Shown piece after piece: positions 30,255 to 43,461 of a stretch of 64,000 nt of DNA. Both the position numbers and the translations under genes were made by a program. The notes below the pieces were generated by a model. It worked only from the letters and a program-made list of their open reading frames with translations, was not told where the DNA came from and did not search any database. The stretch comes from the human T2T-CHM13v2.0 reference genome, Homo sapiens: assembly GCF_009914755.1 (NCBI RefSeq), contig NC_060929.1, one strand, 5' to 3'. Position 1 is the first letter of the stretch; each line of letters starts with the position of its first letter.

Positions 30255-32190
30255 TATATTCAGCTCAGATCTCTTTTTGAATCTTCAACTTTTATGTTTC
30301 CAATTCCTTCTAAATTTCTCTACAATGACCTCAAAATTAGCCAAACTGAATTGTAGTTATGGAAACAATCTGAATCAATAGTACCTTCTTCCCCCACTTA
30401 TCACATTGTTAATTGTATTGGTTTCCTCTGTCTATTATAATAAGTTACCACAAATTGGTGGCTGAAACCAAAAGACAATTATTCTGTAATAGTTCTGGAG
30501 GTTGAAATCAAGGTATTGTCAGGGTTGGTTCCTTCTGGAGGCTCTGAGGGTGAATCTATTTCAGGCCTCTCTCCTAGTTTCTAGTGGTTGCCAGCAATCC
30601 TTGCTATTTTTTGGCTTGTAGCTGCATCATCCCAATCTCTGTCCCCATCTTCACACTTTCCTCTGTGTGTGTCTTTGTAAGTACCCTCTTATTCTTCAAA
30701 GTTACCAGCTAATGGATGTAGCGTCCACCCTAATGCAGTATGACATCTTCTTTACTTGCTTACATCTGCAAAGACCCTATTTCTGAATAAGGATACATTC
30801 ACAAATTTCAGAGATTAGGGCTTGAACATATCTTTTGGGGGCACACAAGTCAGCTCAACACACTTGCAATGTTGTATTCCCAATGTTCATGCTGGTACAC
30901 CTATCCTAGTCTATCACTCTCCACACCCAATTGCAAAGTACTGTTAATTCAGCATTTTTAGCATTTCTTGAATGTATCTAATTCTGTTCATACCTTGTTA
31001 TATTACTTTAACTTAGACACTCATTATCTTTAGAGCCTTCTAAAAGGGCCTTAAAATGTGTGTCTCTGCTTCTAATATTGCCTTCTCCCATATATATACA
31101 CTTTTTTTCTAAGTATGTTTTATAGCCAGAATATTTAAAAATCCAAATATATAAAATTTACTTGTATCATCTCAAACCCTCCCTAAAAACCATTTAAAGA
31201 CTCTCCTTTGCCATCAGTTAAAAAGTATAAGCAAGTAAAAGCAAATAAGCAAAAACAAAAACAGAAAATTTTTTAAATATGATTTTCAACGTTTTCAGTC
31301 CACAATTAAAAACTCTGCTTTTGAATTGAGGAAGAACGTCATTTGACTCCACTTCTTATGCACACTATATTACAGGTTGTTGCTTACTTTCTGAATTTCA
31401 TTTTTCTAACTTGTTAAATGGGGCTAATATAATTGATTAAGTTGAATTATAGGATTATTATGAAGAAAAAGTGCTAAGCACAATTCCTGGCACATAGTGA
31501 AAATCCAATAGACAGAATTACTTTCTGCTATCTTTACAGGTCCATCTCTAACCTTATCTCATACCAATCTCATCTTTCTCTTTGTATGGTTGCTTCTTTT
31601 GCAGAATGTCTTGTATTTCCTACATTATGATCTTTACTCTTTTACTTCTTGGCTTTTACACTTGACTTGAAAAGCTGTTTAATTTCCTGCCCTTAACATG
31701 TTAATTTCTTCATGCATTTTTTAATCCTGTTGGATACAGACATCTGCTATATCAGGAACCTGAGTTTGACTTTTTAGTCTTAATTCAGGTCTCCCCTTTG
31801 TGCGCACTCCTCTCCCAGCATTTATCAATGTCAAGTGCAGCTATCATTCTCTATTTCTTTATGCTTCAATGTGCTATCAGCTATTTGTGAGAAGGGACCA
31901 CATTTTATGTCTCGTTATTGCCAGAACTGATCCTAGTGCTCCATGTCTTGGAATGTATGAAAAAAAAATGAAAGAAAGTTTTTTTGTGAGATTATCTATC
32001 CCTATCCCTGGGATGAGAATAAATTTATTTATTTAGAATTACACGCCAGGAGAGCACTGATATCATCTATTGAGTTTCTTTTTTTCTTTTTTTTTCTGTA
32101 TCTCCAATTTTAAAATAGGAGCTGACTAGTCATAGAAAATAGTGAATGTTCAGTAAATACTTGTTGATTTTTTGAATGGGTGAAATAACT
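30255..32190 (+). mobile_element. Degraded L2 fragments, interrupted by MLT1C and a MIR (about 31300-31520)
   Basis: CAGCTCAGATCTCT...CCAAACTGAA; GAAGGGACCACATTTT; CAGTAAATACTTGTTGA 3' end; MIR GTGCTAAGCACAATTCCTGGCACATAGT. Confidence 0.55.
30414..30862 (-). mobile_element. MLT1B/C-like MaLR solo LTR
   Basis: TGTATTGGTTTCCT...AGTTCTGGAGG...CAGGGTTGGTTCCTTCTGGAGGCTCTGAGGG...ACATCTGCAAAGACCCTATTTC. Confidence 0.88.
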
Positions 32191-32319
32191 GATGCACTAT
32201 TTATTGGCAAAAATTGAAAGGTATTTACCAAAAATTTCATTCTGGCTCTAAACAGTAAGCAAGCATAGTCCAAACCCAGGAAGAAAGATGAATAATTATT
32301 TTGACAAATAAGGTCTATT

Positions 32320-32490
32320 ACCTGGCATAATGTACAAACACTTGTTTGGCAGCCAGGAGACCTGGCATCTAATCTCTCTAAGTGGCTGTATAGTTAAACC
32401 CTTGGAATAAGTTAATTCATTTTTGCTAGGCCTCAGTTTTCTCTACTGAGAAGTGATGGCCTTGGATTATCATCTCTAAGGTCTTTTCTA
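32320..32490 (+). mobile_element. MIR/MIR3 fragment
   Basis: CAGGAGACCTGG...GGCCTCAGTTTTCTC...ATCTCTAAGGTC. Confidence 0.65.
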
Positions 32491-32496
32491 TGTCTA

Positions 32497-32939
<443 letters not shown>

Positions 32940-33640
32940 AAATAAATCTTGCCCTGCCAATTTTCAATACAAATACTCAGCTTCCTAATTAGGGAGATAT
33001 GTTTCAACTGGAATGATAGAGTCTGGCACATTTCCTTATTGTTTGTTCTTTAACTTAATATAAATGTACAGTACTAGATTAACTTCTTGTAGTTAAAAAT
33101 GAAAACCAAATATACCAGTAAAAATGGTGTTATTATTTAAAATATTAACATTTCAACACCGGAAGAGATGTGAAGGCAATTATTTGAATCCTTACCTTTT
33201 GCAGATAGCAGAATGGAAGCATAGAGGCTATACCTGACTGTTCAAAGTAACTGTAGGGTTGTTCAAGGGCAGCCAAGTGAGAATCCAGTCCTTCTAATTA
33301 TTTCAGGGGTGTTCTTTCTAGTCCACTAGGCTTTTCTTATCTTCAGCACATTAATTGATAATCTGACTTAAGTGAGAAAATAGAAGCAATCGGAATCAAA
33401 CACCCACAAGCACCTAGTACATCTACCCAATTACCAGCATCTGTAATGGGATGTTTTCTGCCTTCACTCCTGTTATGATGGATGGACTCTCCATGCCACA
33501 CCAAGGTCAACTCCTTCACTTGTGCATAAGATCCTGTTCCCTCCAGCCTAATCAAGGATATTATTTCAGCTTTTCTGCCCTCTTCACACTGTGGAAGATC
33601 ATTCCCATTAGCAGACAAACATGCTGTTATTTTTCTCATT

Positions 33641-33715
33641 TAAAAACAACTTATTTTGGAGGAGGCGGCCGCTGAGGAAATTTAGAAAACAATAAAATAA
33701 AAACAACTTATTTTG
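33641..33715 (+). other. 39-bp non-repeat insertion flanked by an 18-bp direct repeat (probable L1-mediated micro-retrocopy)
   Basis: TAAAAACAACTTATTTTG at 33641-33658 and 33698-33715 flanks GAGGAGGCGGCCGCTGAGGAAATTTAGAAAACAATAAAA. Confidence 0.75.
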
Positions 33716-33929
33716 ACCTCACTGCTTTATATGCCCTTTAATACTCTTTGTAACTCCTTTACAGTAAAATTTCTTTAAAAAGTTGTCTCCAAATTCCTCT
33801 GCCTTCAATTTCTTTTCTTCTTTGCTCACTTAAATTTACCCCAATCAAAATGAAATCGTTGCTAAGGGAAACATTGTTCTCTACATTGAAATCCAGTGGT
33901 CAATTTCAGTTCTTATCTTACTTGACCTG

Positions 33930-34099
33930 TGCTATGATTTAAATGTGTCCCCTCCAAAACTCATGTTGAAACTTAATCCCTAGCATGGGGTATTAAGAGG
34001 TGGAGCCTTTTAAGAAGTGATTAAGTCATGAGGGCTCCTCATGGATTACTGCCCTATAAAAAAGCTGGAGGGAACTAGCTTAGGCCTTTTTTTATTTTT

Positions 34100-34134
<35 letters not shown>

Positions 34135-34603
34135 GAGACAGAGTCTCACTCTTGTCACCCAGGCTGGAATGCAGTGGTGTGATCTGGGTTCACTGCAACC
34201 AGTCTCCCGGGTCCAAGCAATTCTCCTGCCTCTGCCTACTGAGTAGCTGGGATTACAGGCGCCTGCCACCATGCCCAGCTACCTTTTTTTGTAGAGATGG
34301 GGTTTCACCATGTTGGCCAGGCTGGTCTCAAACTCCTGATCTCAGATGATCTGCCCACCTTGGCCTCCCAAAGTGCTGGGATTACAGGCATGAGCCATGG
34401 CGCCCAGCAACTTAGGCCGTTTTTTACCATTCACTCTTCTGCAGGTGAGGACACAGCAAGAAGGCTCCCATCAGACACTGATTGCTGGTCCCTTGACCTT
34501 GGTCTTAGCCTCTGGAACTATGAGAAAATAAATTTCTGTTATTTATAAATTATCCAGTCTGATATTTTTGTTTTATTTATAGTAGCACAAATGGGCTAAA
34601 ACA
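33930..34603 (+). mobile_element. MSTC/MSTD-like solo LTR split by an Alu
   Basis: TGCTATGATTTAAATGTGTCCCCTCCAAAACTCATGTTG...GGCTAAAACA with TSD ACCTG/ACCTA. Confidence 0.88.
34087..34408 (-). mobile_element. AluS element with (TAT)n tail
   Basis: Reverse Alu; TSD core CTTAGGCC at 34079-34086 and 34411-34418. Confidence 0.94.
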
Positions 34604-35451
34604 ACCTATCAACAGCATTTGGCAGAGCATAACACGTTCTCTCATTTGAAATATATTTTACTTGCACATATGATATCATATTCTCATGATTTTATTCCTG
34701 CCTTACTGAGCATTACTTCTCAGAATCCTTTGCTATGTTTTGCTCATATTCCCAGACTCTGATTATTGGTACCACAATGTCCAGTTCTCAATCTTTTATC
34801 TTTTACTTTATAAATTCATTTCCTTGGTTATCTCATCTAGTCTCATGGCTTTAAATACCATTAATTTGCTGACCAGAGATACAGACCAGACAAGACGATT
34901 ACATCTACAACTCATAGATACCTTCAGGCTCATATATGTAACTGTCTACCTATCCTCTTAAATATCTCATAAGTATATCCAAAATTGAAGTCCTGCTTTC
35001 TCTCCATGTCACATCTGCTCCATATATATTATGTTTCCTTTCGCTAATTGGTTACTTCATCCTTCCAGTTGCTTAGGTCACAACCTTTGAAATCATTCTT
35101 AATTTCCATTTTCCTCTTACACCCCACATTCCTTCAAGTCAAAGCTTTACTGGGTTTTCATTATAAATATATCCATAATGTAACTACTTCTTATCACATT
35201 CATAGTTACCATTGTGTTCTGACTCACCATTGTCCTTCACCTTAATTATTACAGTAGCCTCCAAACCAGCCTCCCTTATTTACCCCTGAAGTCTATCTTT
35301 GACCAAGCAGAATGATCCTTAATCATATCTTGTGACACCTTCATTCACACCCTACAACAGTTTTTCTTTTTACTTAGAAGAAAAGCCAAAGTCCTTTCAA
35401 GGTGTTGTGAGGTCTTACTCAATCTGCTGCCCCACCTCCTCCATATCCCTT

Positions 35452-35820
35452 TGATACAGTTTGGTTTTGTGTCCCCACCCAAATCTCGAATTGCAATCCT
35501 CATAGGTCAAGGAAGGGGCCTGGTGGGAGGTGATTGGATTATGGGGGCAGTTTCCCCCATGGGTGCTCTCATGATAGTGAATGAGTTCTCACAAGATCTG
35601 ATGATTTTAAAAAGTGTTTGGCAGTTCCCCTCTGTGTTCTTCTCTCTTGCTTACTGCCAAGTAAGACATACCTGGCTTCCCCTTTGCCTTCTGCCGTGAT
35701 TGTAAGTTTCCTGAGGCCTTCCCAGCCATGTGGAACTGTGAGTCAATTAAATCTCCCTTCTTTATAAATTATCCAGTCTCAGGTACTGTCTTTATAGCAG
35801 TGTGAAAATGTACTAATACA
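35452..35820 (+). mobile_element. THE1D-like MaLR solo LTR
   Basis: TGATACAGTTTGG...CCCCACCCAAATCTC...AAGTGTTTGGCAGTTCCCC...CTAATACA with TSD CCCTT/CCCTG. Confidence 0.92.
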
Positions 35821-36330
35821 CCCTGTATCTTCTGTGAATGCACTTCCTTATCTTCTTGCCCTTACTCACTCTGTGCCAGCCCTACTGTGCTACCTGCTAT
35901 TCTTAGAACACTAAGAGCATTCTAAACATGCTTCTGCCTCAGAGACTTTGTATTTACATTCTCTCTTTCTGGAATGTTCTTCTATTATCTGGCATAGCTT
36001 GCTCAATTAACTCAAGTATCACCTTCTCAGATAGATAGGGTTTCCTTAACAATCCCACTTAAAATTTTGCCCCCCTCTTAGAACTCCTCCCTGTTTTCTG
36101 CTATATTTTTCTGTGTTACACTTACCACTTCCCAATATAAAAATATCATTTATGAAATAGCATATTTATAAATAATTTATAATGTAATGTATAATATAAT
36201 TAACTCTTGAATTTTTAAACTTTCTTCTTTCACCAAATGTCTCTGAGTTTCCCAGAAGGAGGGCTATATCTTTGTCTTTACCTTTAGGCCCTCAGTTCAT
36301 AAAACAAAGATTAATGCATAGTAGGTGCTT

Positions 36331-36927
36331 GCACTAGTAGGATTCTATAATATCCCCTATAATTTCCAACCCCTGATGTACACACATCTTATCCCAGTTA
36401 TTCAATCAAAGAATAATCTAAGTACTGATGTGAAAGGACTTTGCAGATGTAAATTAAGGTCACAAATCACTTGCAATTAGTCAAGATGATCCGGGTTGGC
36501 CTGATCTAATCACATGACAAGTCAGAGACACAGGAAGTCAGAGAAATTTAAAACATGAGGGATTTGACATGAGGGGCTCTGTCTGTTGTTGGCTTGGAGA
36601 TGGTTGGGGCCATGTGACAAGGAATGGGAGCGGCTTCTAGGAGCTGAGAGAGACCCTTGGGTGACAGCCAGCCAGGAAATGAAGAACTTAATCCTACAAC
36701 AGGAAGGAACTGAATTCTACCAATTTTGATAAGAATCTTCCAAATACTTCCCTGGAGCCGGAGAAGTCAGCCAGGTTGACACTTTGATTTCAGCCTCTGA
36801 AACCCTGAGCTGAGAATCCAGGTAGACTTTGCCTGGACTTCTGATCTAGAGAACTGTGAGCTAATGGCATTATTTTAAGCCACTGTGATTGTGGTAATTT
36901 GTTAAATAGCAACAGAAAACTAATACA
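36331..36927 (+). mobile_element. MLT1E-like MaLR solo LTR
   Basis: GGACTTTGCAGATGTAAATTAAGGTC, GGCTTCTAGGAGCTGAGAG, GTGGTAATTTGTTAAATAGCAACAGAAAACTAATACA. Confidence 0.85.
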
Positions 36928-37244
36928 GAAGTCGGTAAATATGTGTTGAATTAATAACATTATATTTTATCACTGCAATCCTTCCAAAATAATTGGTATT
37001 TTTATTATAACATAAATGCTGATTTTATTTTAAATAAAAGAATCAATTTCTCTCCTGAAGCATGTCTTCTTTATTACAGATTAAATGTATGGTATTATTT
37101 TTCAATTTCACAGCATTAAAAAAGTTATTTGATAATATTAGAGATCCATTCAACATTATGTATCTTAGTTTCTCTGGATAAAATTATGTTTACCTCTACA
37201 TTTTAATTAATTAAAGATTTTTTTTTACCTATCCCCGGTGATAG

Positions 37245-37565
<321 letters not shown>

Positions 37566-37624
37566 GTTAAGATTAAAATTTTTACTAGTCAATGATATAT
37601 TTCAGTCTTAAAAATCTAACTTAC

Positions 37625-37908
37625 CACTTTGGGAGGTCAAGGCAGGCAGATAACTTGAAGCCAGGAGTTCGAGACCAGCCTGGCCAATATGGTAAAACCC
37701 TGTCTCTACTAAAAATAGAAAAATTAGCCAGGCATGGTGGTGCACGTCTGTAATCCCAGCTACTTGGGGGCTGAGGCACAAGAATCGCTTGAATCTGGGA
37801 GGCAGAAATTGCAGTGAGCCAAGATTGTGCCACTGCACTCCAGCCTAGGCGACAGAGCAAGACTGTCAAAAAACAAACAAAACAAAACAAACAAACAAAA
37901 ACAAAAAA
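37625..37908 (+). mobile_element. AluS, 5'-truncated by about 30 nt, with (CAAAA)n tail
   Basis: Starts at CACTTTGGGAGG; TSD CTAACTTAC at 37616-37624 and 37909-37917. Confidence 0.93.
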
Positions 37909-40269
37909 CTAACTTACAGAAAGATGAGCTTAGAGTTTATCCTTTTCCACAATCCTGAGGTCAAATGTATTCTCTCTCTCTCTCTTTTTCCCACACTGCT
38001 AGATACTAATGACAGCTGTTCCATTTTTACTTTGGGTGATCACAATTTGAAAATGATTGAGCATGGCAAATTAGAGAGCATATGCATAATAGGTTATCAC
38101 CTAGCACCTACTTTCCAAGTTCTCATCTATTCTGCACAGCCTCACTAACAAGCAAGTGTTACATTTTAATCACACTTTCTAACATAAGCTTATTCTTTTC
38201 CTGTCGAAAAGAAAATTAGATCATCCCATCTGCATACCCTATCATAAGGACTAAGTGATATCAAACTGTTTGATATTAATTTGATGTGAAATAATATAAA
38301 ATTTGGCATAAAAAGCATCAATCTTTGGTATTGGAAGAAAAATTTTCACAAAATCCAAAATAAATGTTGGCTTATTACCCATTTTTAGAAATGTTTAATG
38401 TTAACAGCTAAATATAAAGATCAATTAGAGAATAGACTTTAAATGTTCATAACATATGAAAAGTCCAAGATAAAATGTAATATGTGGTAGCTAAATTTTG
38501 GTATTCATCGTTTTCCAGAGAGTGAAAATTACATAACCATTTGTTCAATTTTTCTTTTGGTTGTCATCTGTTTGTAAATATATACATATTTAACTAAATA
38601 TATATAGAATGCTATACATATATTTGACATTTTATATATACACATATAATTTTAGTAATTTAAAAAATGGAAAGTATTCATGTTGGAGTTGTCTTGCTGA
38701 GACAGGCAGTGTGAATTACATTTTTTAAATAAATTGATAATACTCTTTTATTTAGCTAATATTTCTGATAAACTATTGTTCATAGTTCTCTTGGTTGACT
38801 GCCTCTGAGAAGAATGTAAATATTTACTCTGGATAACTATTACTACTTAGTGGGAAAAATTTTTATTTCTTCACATTAAAAAAGTAGCAAACCTGCAGAA
38901 CATGCAGCTAAAGGGAGTCAGCATTTTTTTCCTCAGTCTTGATTAAAAATAAAAATAGCAGGAGGCTCAATTCAAAGAATATTGTTTGATTGCACTGTAA
39001 CCTAATGTGATTTTTACCTGAAAATAGGGTAAATGTTACGAAAAGTGGAAAAATGAAAGGTCAGAGTTCTTGCTGTTTACTGAAGCAGTAAGTTGTGTTA
39101 AGACATAAATTAATTAATGTGCTTCATTCCTGACTTCCTTGTATTGTTTTTCTTCTTTAATTTTCTTATTAAAGAAGAATGCTTATTTATAAGAGAGGAA
39201 TGCTTATTTCCTCTCTTATGTGGCCTTTCTCCATGTCGCTTAGTAAATTATTTCAAATCTTTTTGGAAGAGGTAAAAGAAAACAGTCTTTACTCTTTGTT
39301 TTACTCCTTTTTTACTCTTACGTTAAGAGTAAAAGAGGAGATATGTTTATTATCAAGTCTAATATATCTACAGATTTTAAACGTTTAACTTATTTATTTC
39401 TTTTCTCCATTGAGTTGCTGTTGATGAGCTATCCATCTGTAAAACAGATTGAAAATACTCAGCAACATTTAGTATAAGGAAAAAGTTGTATTGGCTCTTT
39501 AAAATCAGGCTTTTGGAGAAGGTGCTTTTTTGTTTGCTTGTTTTTGCATTTTGCCAATAACTGAAAAACTTCAAAAAAATTGCCATAAAAATACTCCCAA
39601 CACTATTATAAACATTTGAATTATAAAAACTAAACATATTTGAATAAAGTGTGAAATTAATGCCATAAACATACAGTTACCACGTTTAAAGTATTAAATT
39701 ACACTGAATAAACATTTAGGTAATGGGACTCTTTGAGTCTCAGTTTCTCCATTTGTAAAATAAAGGGGTTGGAAGGAATTATATTGGCCTTATCATATTC
39801 TCAAATTCCATGACTCTGTTAATCAGTTTATTCTTCGTTTTAATATGCTGAAAAGTTAAGTTTTTTTAAAACTCATTCTCTACAGCTTTAAGAAATTCTT
39901 CAGATTAATGTAAATTTGTTATAGCATCCTTTCTAGAGAAATAAAAATAAAACTAACAGGCATAATTCTGTAGAATAAAATCTGAGTTGCATTTGTGGCT
40001 ATGCTAAATGCTGTTTTGAATATGCCTACAGCCAATAAGCTGGGACAGTTTAGCTGAATTTATTGAAAACAGAAATTGCATACAGTTAGGAGAGCACATA
40101 CAGAGGAAATTCTATTAGTCTGTTGAGATGAAACAAGCTTCAAGAGATGAAAACAACGTATGGGCTAAGGAAGCCTTGAGGCTGAGGAAGTAGAGATGAG
40201 TTTTTAAAGGAAAGGGGTATTTGGAAAGCTAAATAAGACTGAATAGCATGGGGACGTAACCTATAACCT

Positions 40270-40915
40270 ATTTTTGTTGTTGTTGTTGTTTATTTTACTT
40301 TAAGTTCCGGGATACATGTTCAGAACACGCAGATTTGTATAAAAACGCTAGAAGAAAACCTAGGCAATACCATTCAGGACATAGGCATGAGCAAAGACTT
40401 CACGATGCAAATGCCAAAAGCAATTGCAACACAATCCAAAATTGACAAATGGAATCTAATTAAACTAAAGAGTTTCTGCACAGCAAAAGAAACTATCATC
40501 AGAGTGAACAGGCATCCTACAGAATGGGAGAAAATTTTTGCAATCTACCCATCTGACAAGGGTCTAATATACAGAGTCTACAAAAAACTTAAACAAATTT
40601 ACAAGAAAAAAAACAAAAAAATATCAAAAAGTGGGCAAAGGTTAAGAACAGACACTTCTCAAAAGAAGACATTTATGCGGCCAACAAACATTTGAAAAAG
40701 AGCTCAATATCACTGATCATTAGGGAAATGCAAATCAAAACCACAATGAGATACTATCTCATGCCAGTCAGAATGGCAATTATTAAAAAGTCAAGAAACA
40801 ATAGATCCTGGCGAGGCTGTGGAGAAATAGGAATGGTTTTACACTGTTGGTGGAAATGTAAATTAGTTCAACCATTGCGGAAGACGGTGTGGCAATTCCT
40901 CAAGGATTTAGAACA
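40270..40915. mobile_element. L1PA insertion with 5' inversion: minus-strand 3' tail (40270-40337) joined to a plus-strand ORF2 piece (40339-40915)
   Basis: T/(TTG)n tail plus TTTTACTTTAAGTTCCGGGATACATG, then plus-strand ORFs [35 protein letters not shown] and [13 protein letters not shown]. Confidence 0.88.
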
Positions 40916-41179
40916 AGACTTCTTTCCACTGAAAGTGAAAACCTGCTTATAGGCTCCTCACTAGGCAAATTTCAGGGTCAGAAATTCCTAGGGCGCTCTC
41001 TTGTTGGTGTAGTATACATCTTGTCTCAGAAGTTTTATTTACAGTGAATGAGTATTTCCATAATTTAATGTCTTTGATTATTAACAAAAGGAATCCTTCA
41101 CATATGAAGAAAACAATGACTTTTCCATAGAAAGTTATACAAGGATTGGCTTATTTCATCAAAACAAACATTACAGCTT

Positions 41180-43461
41180 CTTTTTTTTCTTCAACTTTTA
41201 TTTTAAGTTCAGGAGTACATGTGCTGGATGTGCAGGTTTGTTACGTAGGTAAACAGGTGTCGTGGTGGCTTGCTGCACAGATCAACCCATCACCTAGGTA
41301 TTAAGCCCAGCATCCCTCAGCTATTCTTCTGAGGCTCTTCCTCCCCCATCCCAACCCCTGAGAGATCCCAATGTGTGTTGTTCCCCTCATGTGTCCATGT
41401 GTTCTCATCATTCAGCTCCCACTTATAAATGAGAACATGTGGTGTTTGCTTTTTCTGTTCCTGCAGTAGTTTGCTGAGGATAACAGCTTCTAGCTCTGTC
41501 CATGTCCCTGCAAAGGATATGATCTTATTCTTTTTAATGGCTGCATAGTATTTCATGGTGTGTATGTACCACATTTTCTTTATCCAGTCTATCATCGATG
41601 GGCATTTGGGTTGATTTCATGTATTTGCCATTGTGAACAGAGCTGCAATGAACAAATGTGTGCATGTATCTTTATAATAGAATAACTTATATTCTTTTGG
41701 GTATATATCCACTGATGGGATTGCTGGGTCAAATGGTATTTCTGCCTCTAGATAGTTGAGGAATTGCCACATTGTCTTCCACAATGGTTGAACTAATTTA
41801 CGCTCTCACCAAAATGGAAAAGTGTTCCTTTTGCACTGCAACCTTGCCAGCATCTGTTGTTTCTTGACTTCATAATAATTTTCATTCTGACTGGCATGAG
41901 ATGATATCTCTTTGTGGTTTTGATTTGCATTTTTCTGATGATCAGTGATATTGAGCTTTTTTAATACACTTGTTGTCTGCATAAGCGTCTTCTTTTGAGA
42001 AGTGTCTGTTCATGTCCTTTGACCAATTTTTAGTGTTTTTTTCTTGTAAAGTTGTTACATTTCTTGTAGATCTTGCATATTAGATCTTTGTCAGATGGAC
42101 AGAGATTGCAAAATTTTTCTCTCATTCTGTAGATTGTGTGTTCAAACTGATGATAGTTTCGTTTGCTGTGCAGAGGCTCTTTAGCTTAATTAGATTCCAT
42201 TTGTCAATTTTTGCTTTTGTTGCAATTGCTTTGGGTGTCTTTGTCATAAAATTTTTGCCCATGTTTATGTACTGAATGGTGTAGCCTAGGTTGTCTTCCA
42301 GGGTTTTACAGTTTTTGGCTTTACATTTATGTCTTTAATCCATCTTGAGTTAATTTTTGTATAAGGTGTAAGGAATGGGTCCCATTTCAATTTTCTGTAT
42401 ATGGCTAGCCGGTTCTGCCAGCACCATTTATTGAACAGGGAATCCTTTCTCCATTGCGTGTTTTTATCACGCTTGTCAAAGATTAGATGGCTGCAGGTGT
42501 GTGGTCTTATTTCTGAGCTCTCTATTCTGTTCCATTGTCGATGTGTCTGTTTTTGTACCAGTACCATGCTTTTTTGGTTGCCGTAGCCTTGTAGTATAAT
42601 TTGAAGTCAAGTAGCATGATGCCTCCAGCTTTGTTCTTTTTGCTTAGGATGGTCTTGGCTATTCGGGCTCTGTTTTTGTTTCATATGAATTTTAAGGTAG
42701 CTTTTCTATTACTTTGGAGAATGTCAATAGTAGTTTAATGGGAATAGCAATCAATGTATAAACTAATTTGGGAAGTATGGCCATTTTCATGATATTGATT
42801 CTTCCTATTAGCGTGAAATGTTTTTCCACTTGTTTGTGTCCTCTCTGATCTCCTTGAGCAGTGGTTTACAGTTCTTCTCAAAGAGATCCTTCACTTTCCT
42901 TGTTAGCTGTATTCCTAGGTATTTTATTCTTTTGCAGCAGTTATGAAAGGGAGTTCATTCATGATTTGGCTCTCTGCTTGCCTGTTGTTGGTGTATAGGA
43001 ATGCTAGTGACCTTTGCACATTGATTTTGTATCCTGGGACTTTGCTGAAGTTATCAGTTTAAAAAGCTTTTGGGCTGAGACAATGGGGTTTTCTAGAAAT
43101 AAAATTATGTCATCTGCAAACAAAGATAATTAGACTTTCTCCCTGCCTATTTGAATACCCTTTATTTCTTTCTGTTTCTGATTGCCCTGGCCAGAATGCT
43201 CAGAACTTCCAATGCTATGTTGAATAGGAGTGATGAGAGAGAGCATCCTTGTCTTGTGCTGGTTTTCAAGAAGAATGCATCTAGATTTTGCCCATTCAGT
43301 ATGATACTGGCTGTGGGTTTGTCATATATGACTAATATTTTGAGGTAAGTTCCTTCGATACCTAGTTTACTGAGAGTTGTTAACATGAAGGGATGTTGAA
43401 TTTTATCGAAGGCTTTTTCTGCATCTATTGAGATAATCATGTGGTTTCTGTCTTTAGCTCT
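41180..43461 (-). mobile_element. L1PA (L1PA10-like), 5'-truncated, about 2.3 kb
   Basis: 3' end GCTGCACAGATCAACCCATCACCTAGG; ORF2 pieces [18 protein letters not shown] and WIKKMWYIHTM; TSD CAAACATTACAGCTT (41165-41179) / CAAACGTAACAGCTT (43462-43476). Confidence 0.95.

Larger units (their letters stand above)
33340..36330 (+). mobile_element. L2 (L2a-like) 3' portion hosting several nested insertions
   Basis: GAGAAAATAGAAGCAATC, AAATCCAGTGGTCAATTTCAGTTCTTATCTTACTTGACC, TCTCATGGCTTTAAATACCAT, CATAGTAGGTGCT 3' end. Confidence 0.85.

Noticed and set aside
39005-39060. Minus-strand ttttcag|gtaaaa as a recursive splice site
   Set aside because: The donor is weaker than the AG|GTAAG typical of recursive sites, and no host gene is established.
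39424-39452. SECIS-like ATGA...AAA...GA
   Set aside because: The AA-to-GA spacing is too short and there is no upstream CDS.
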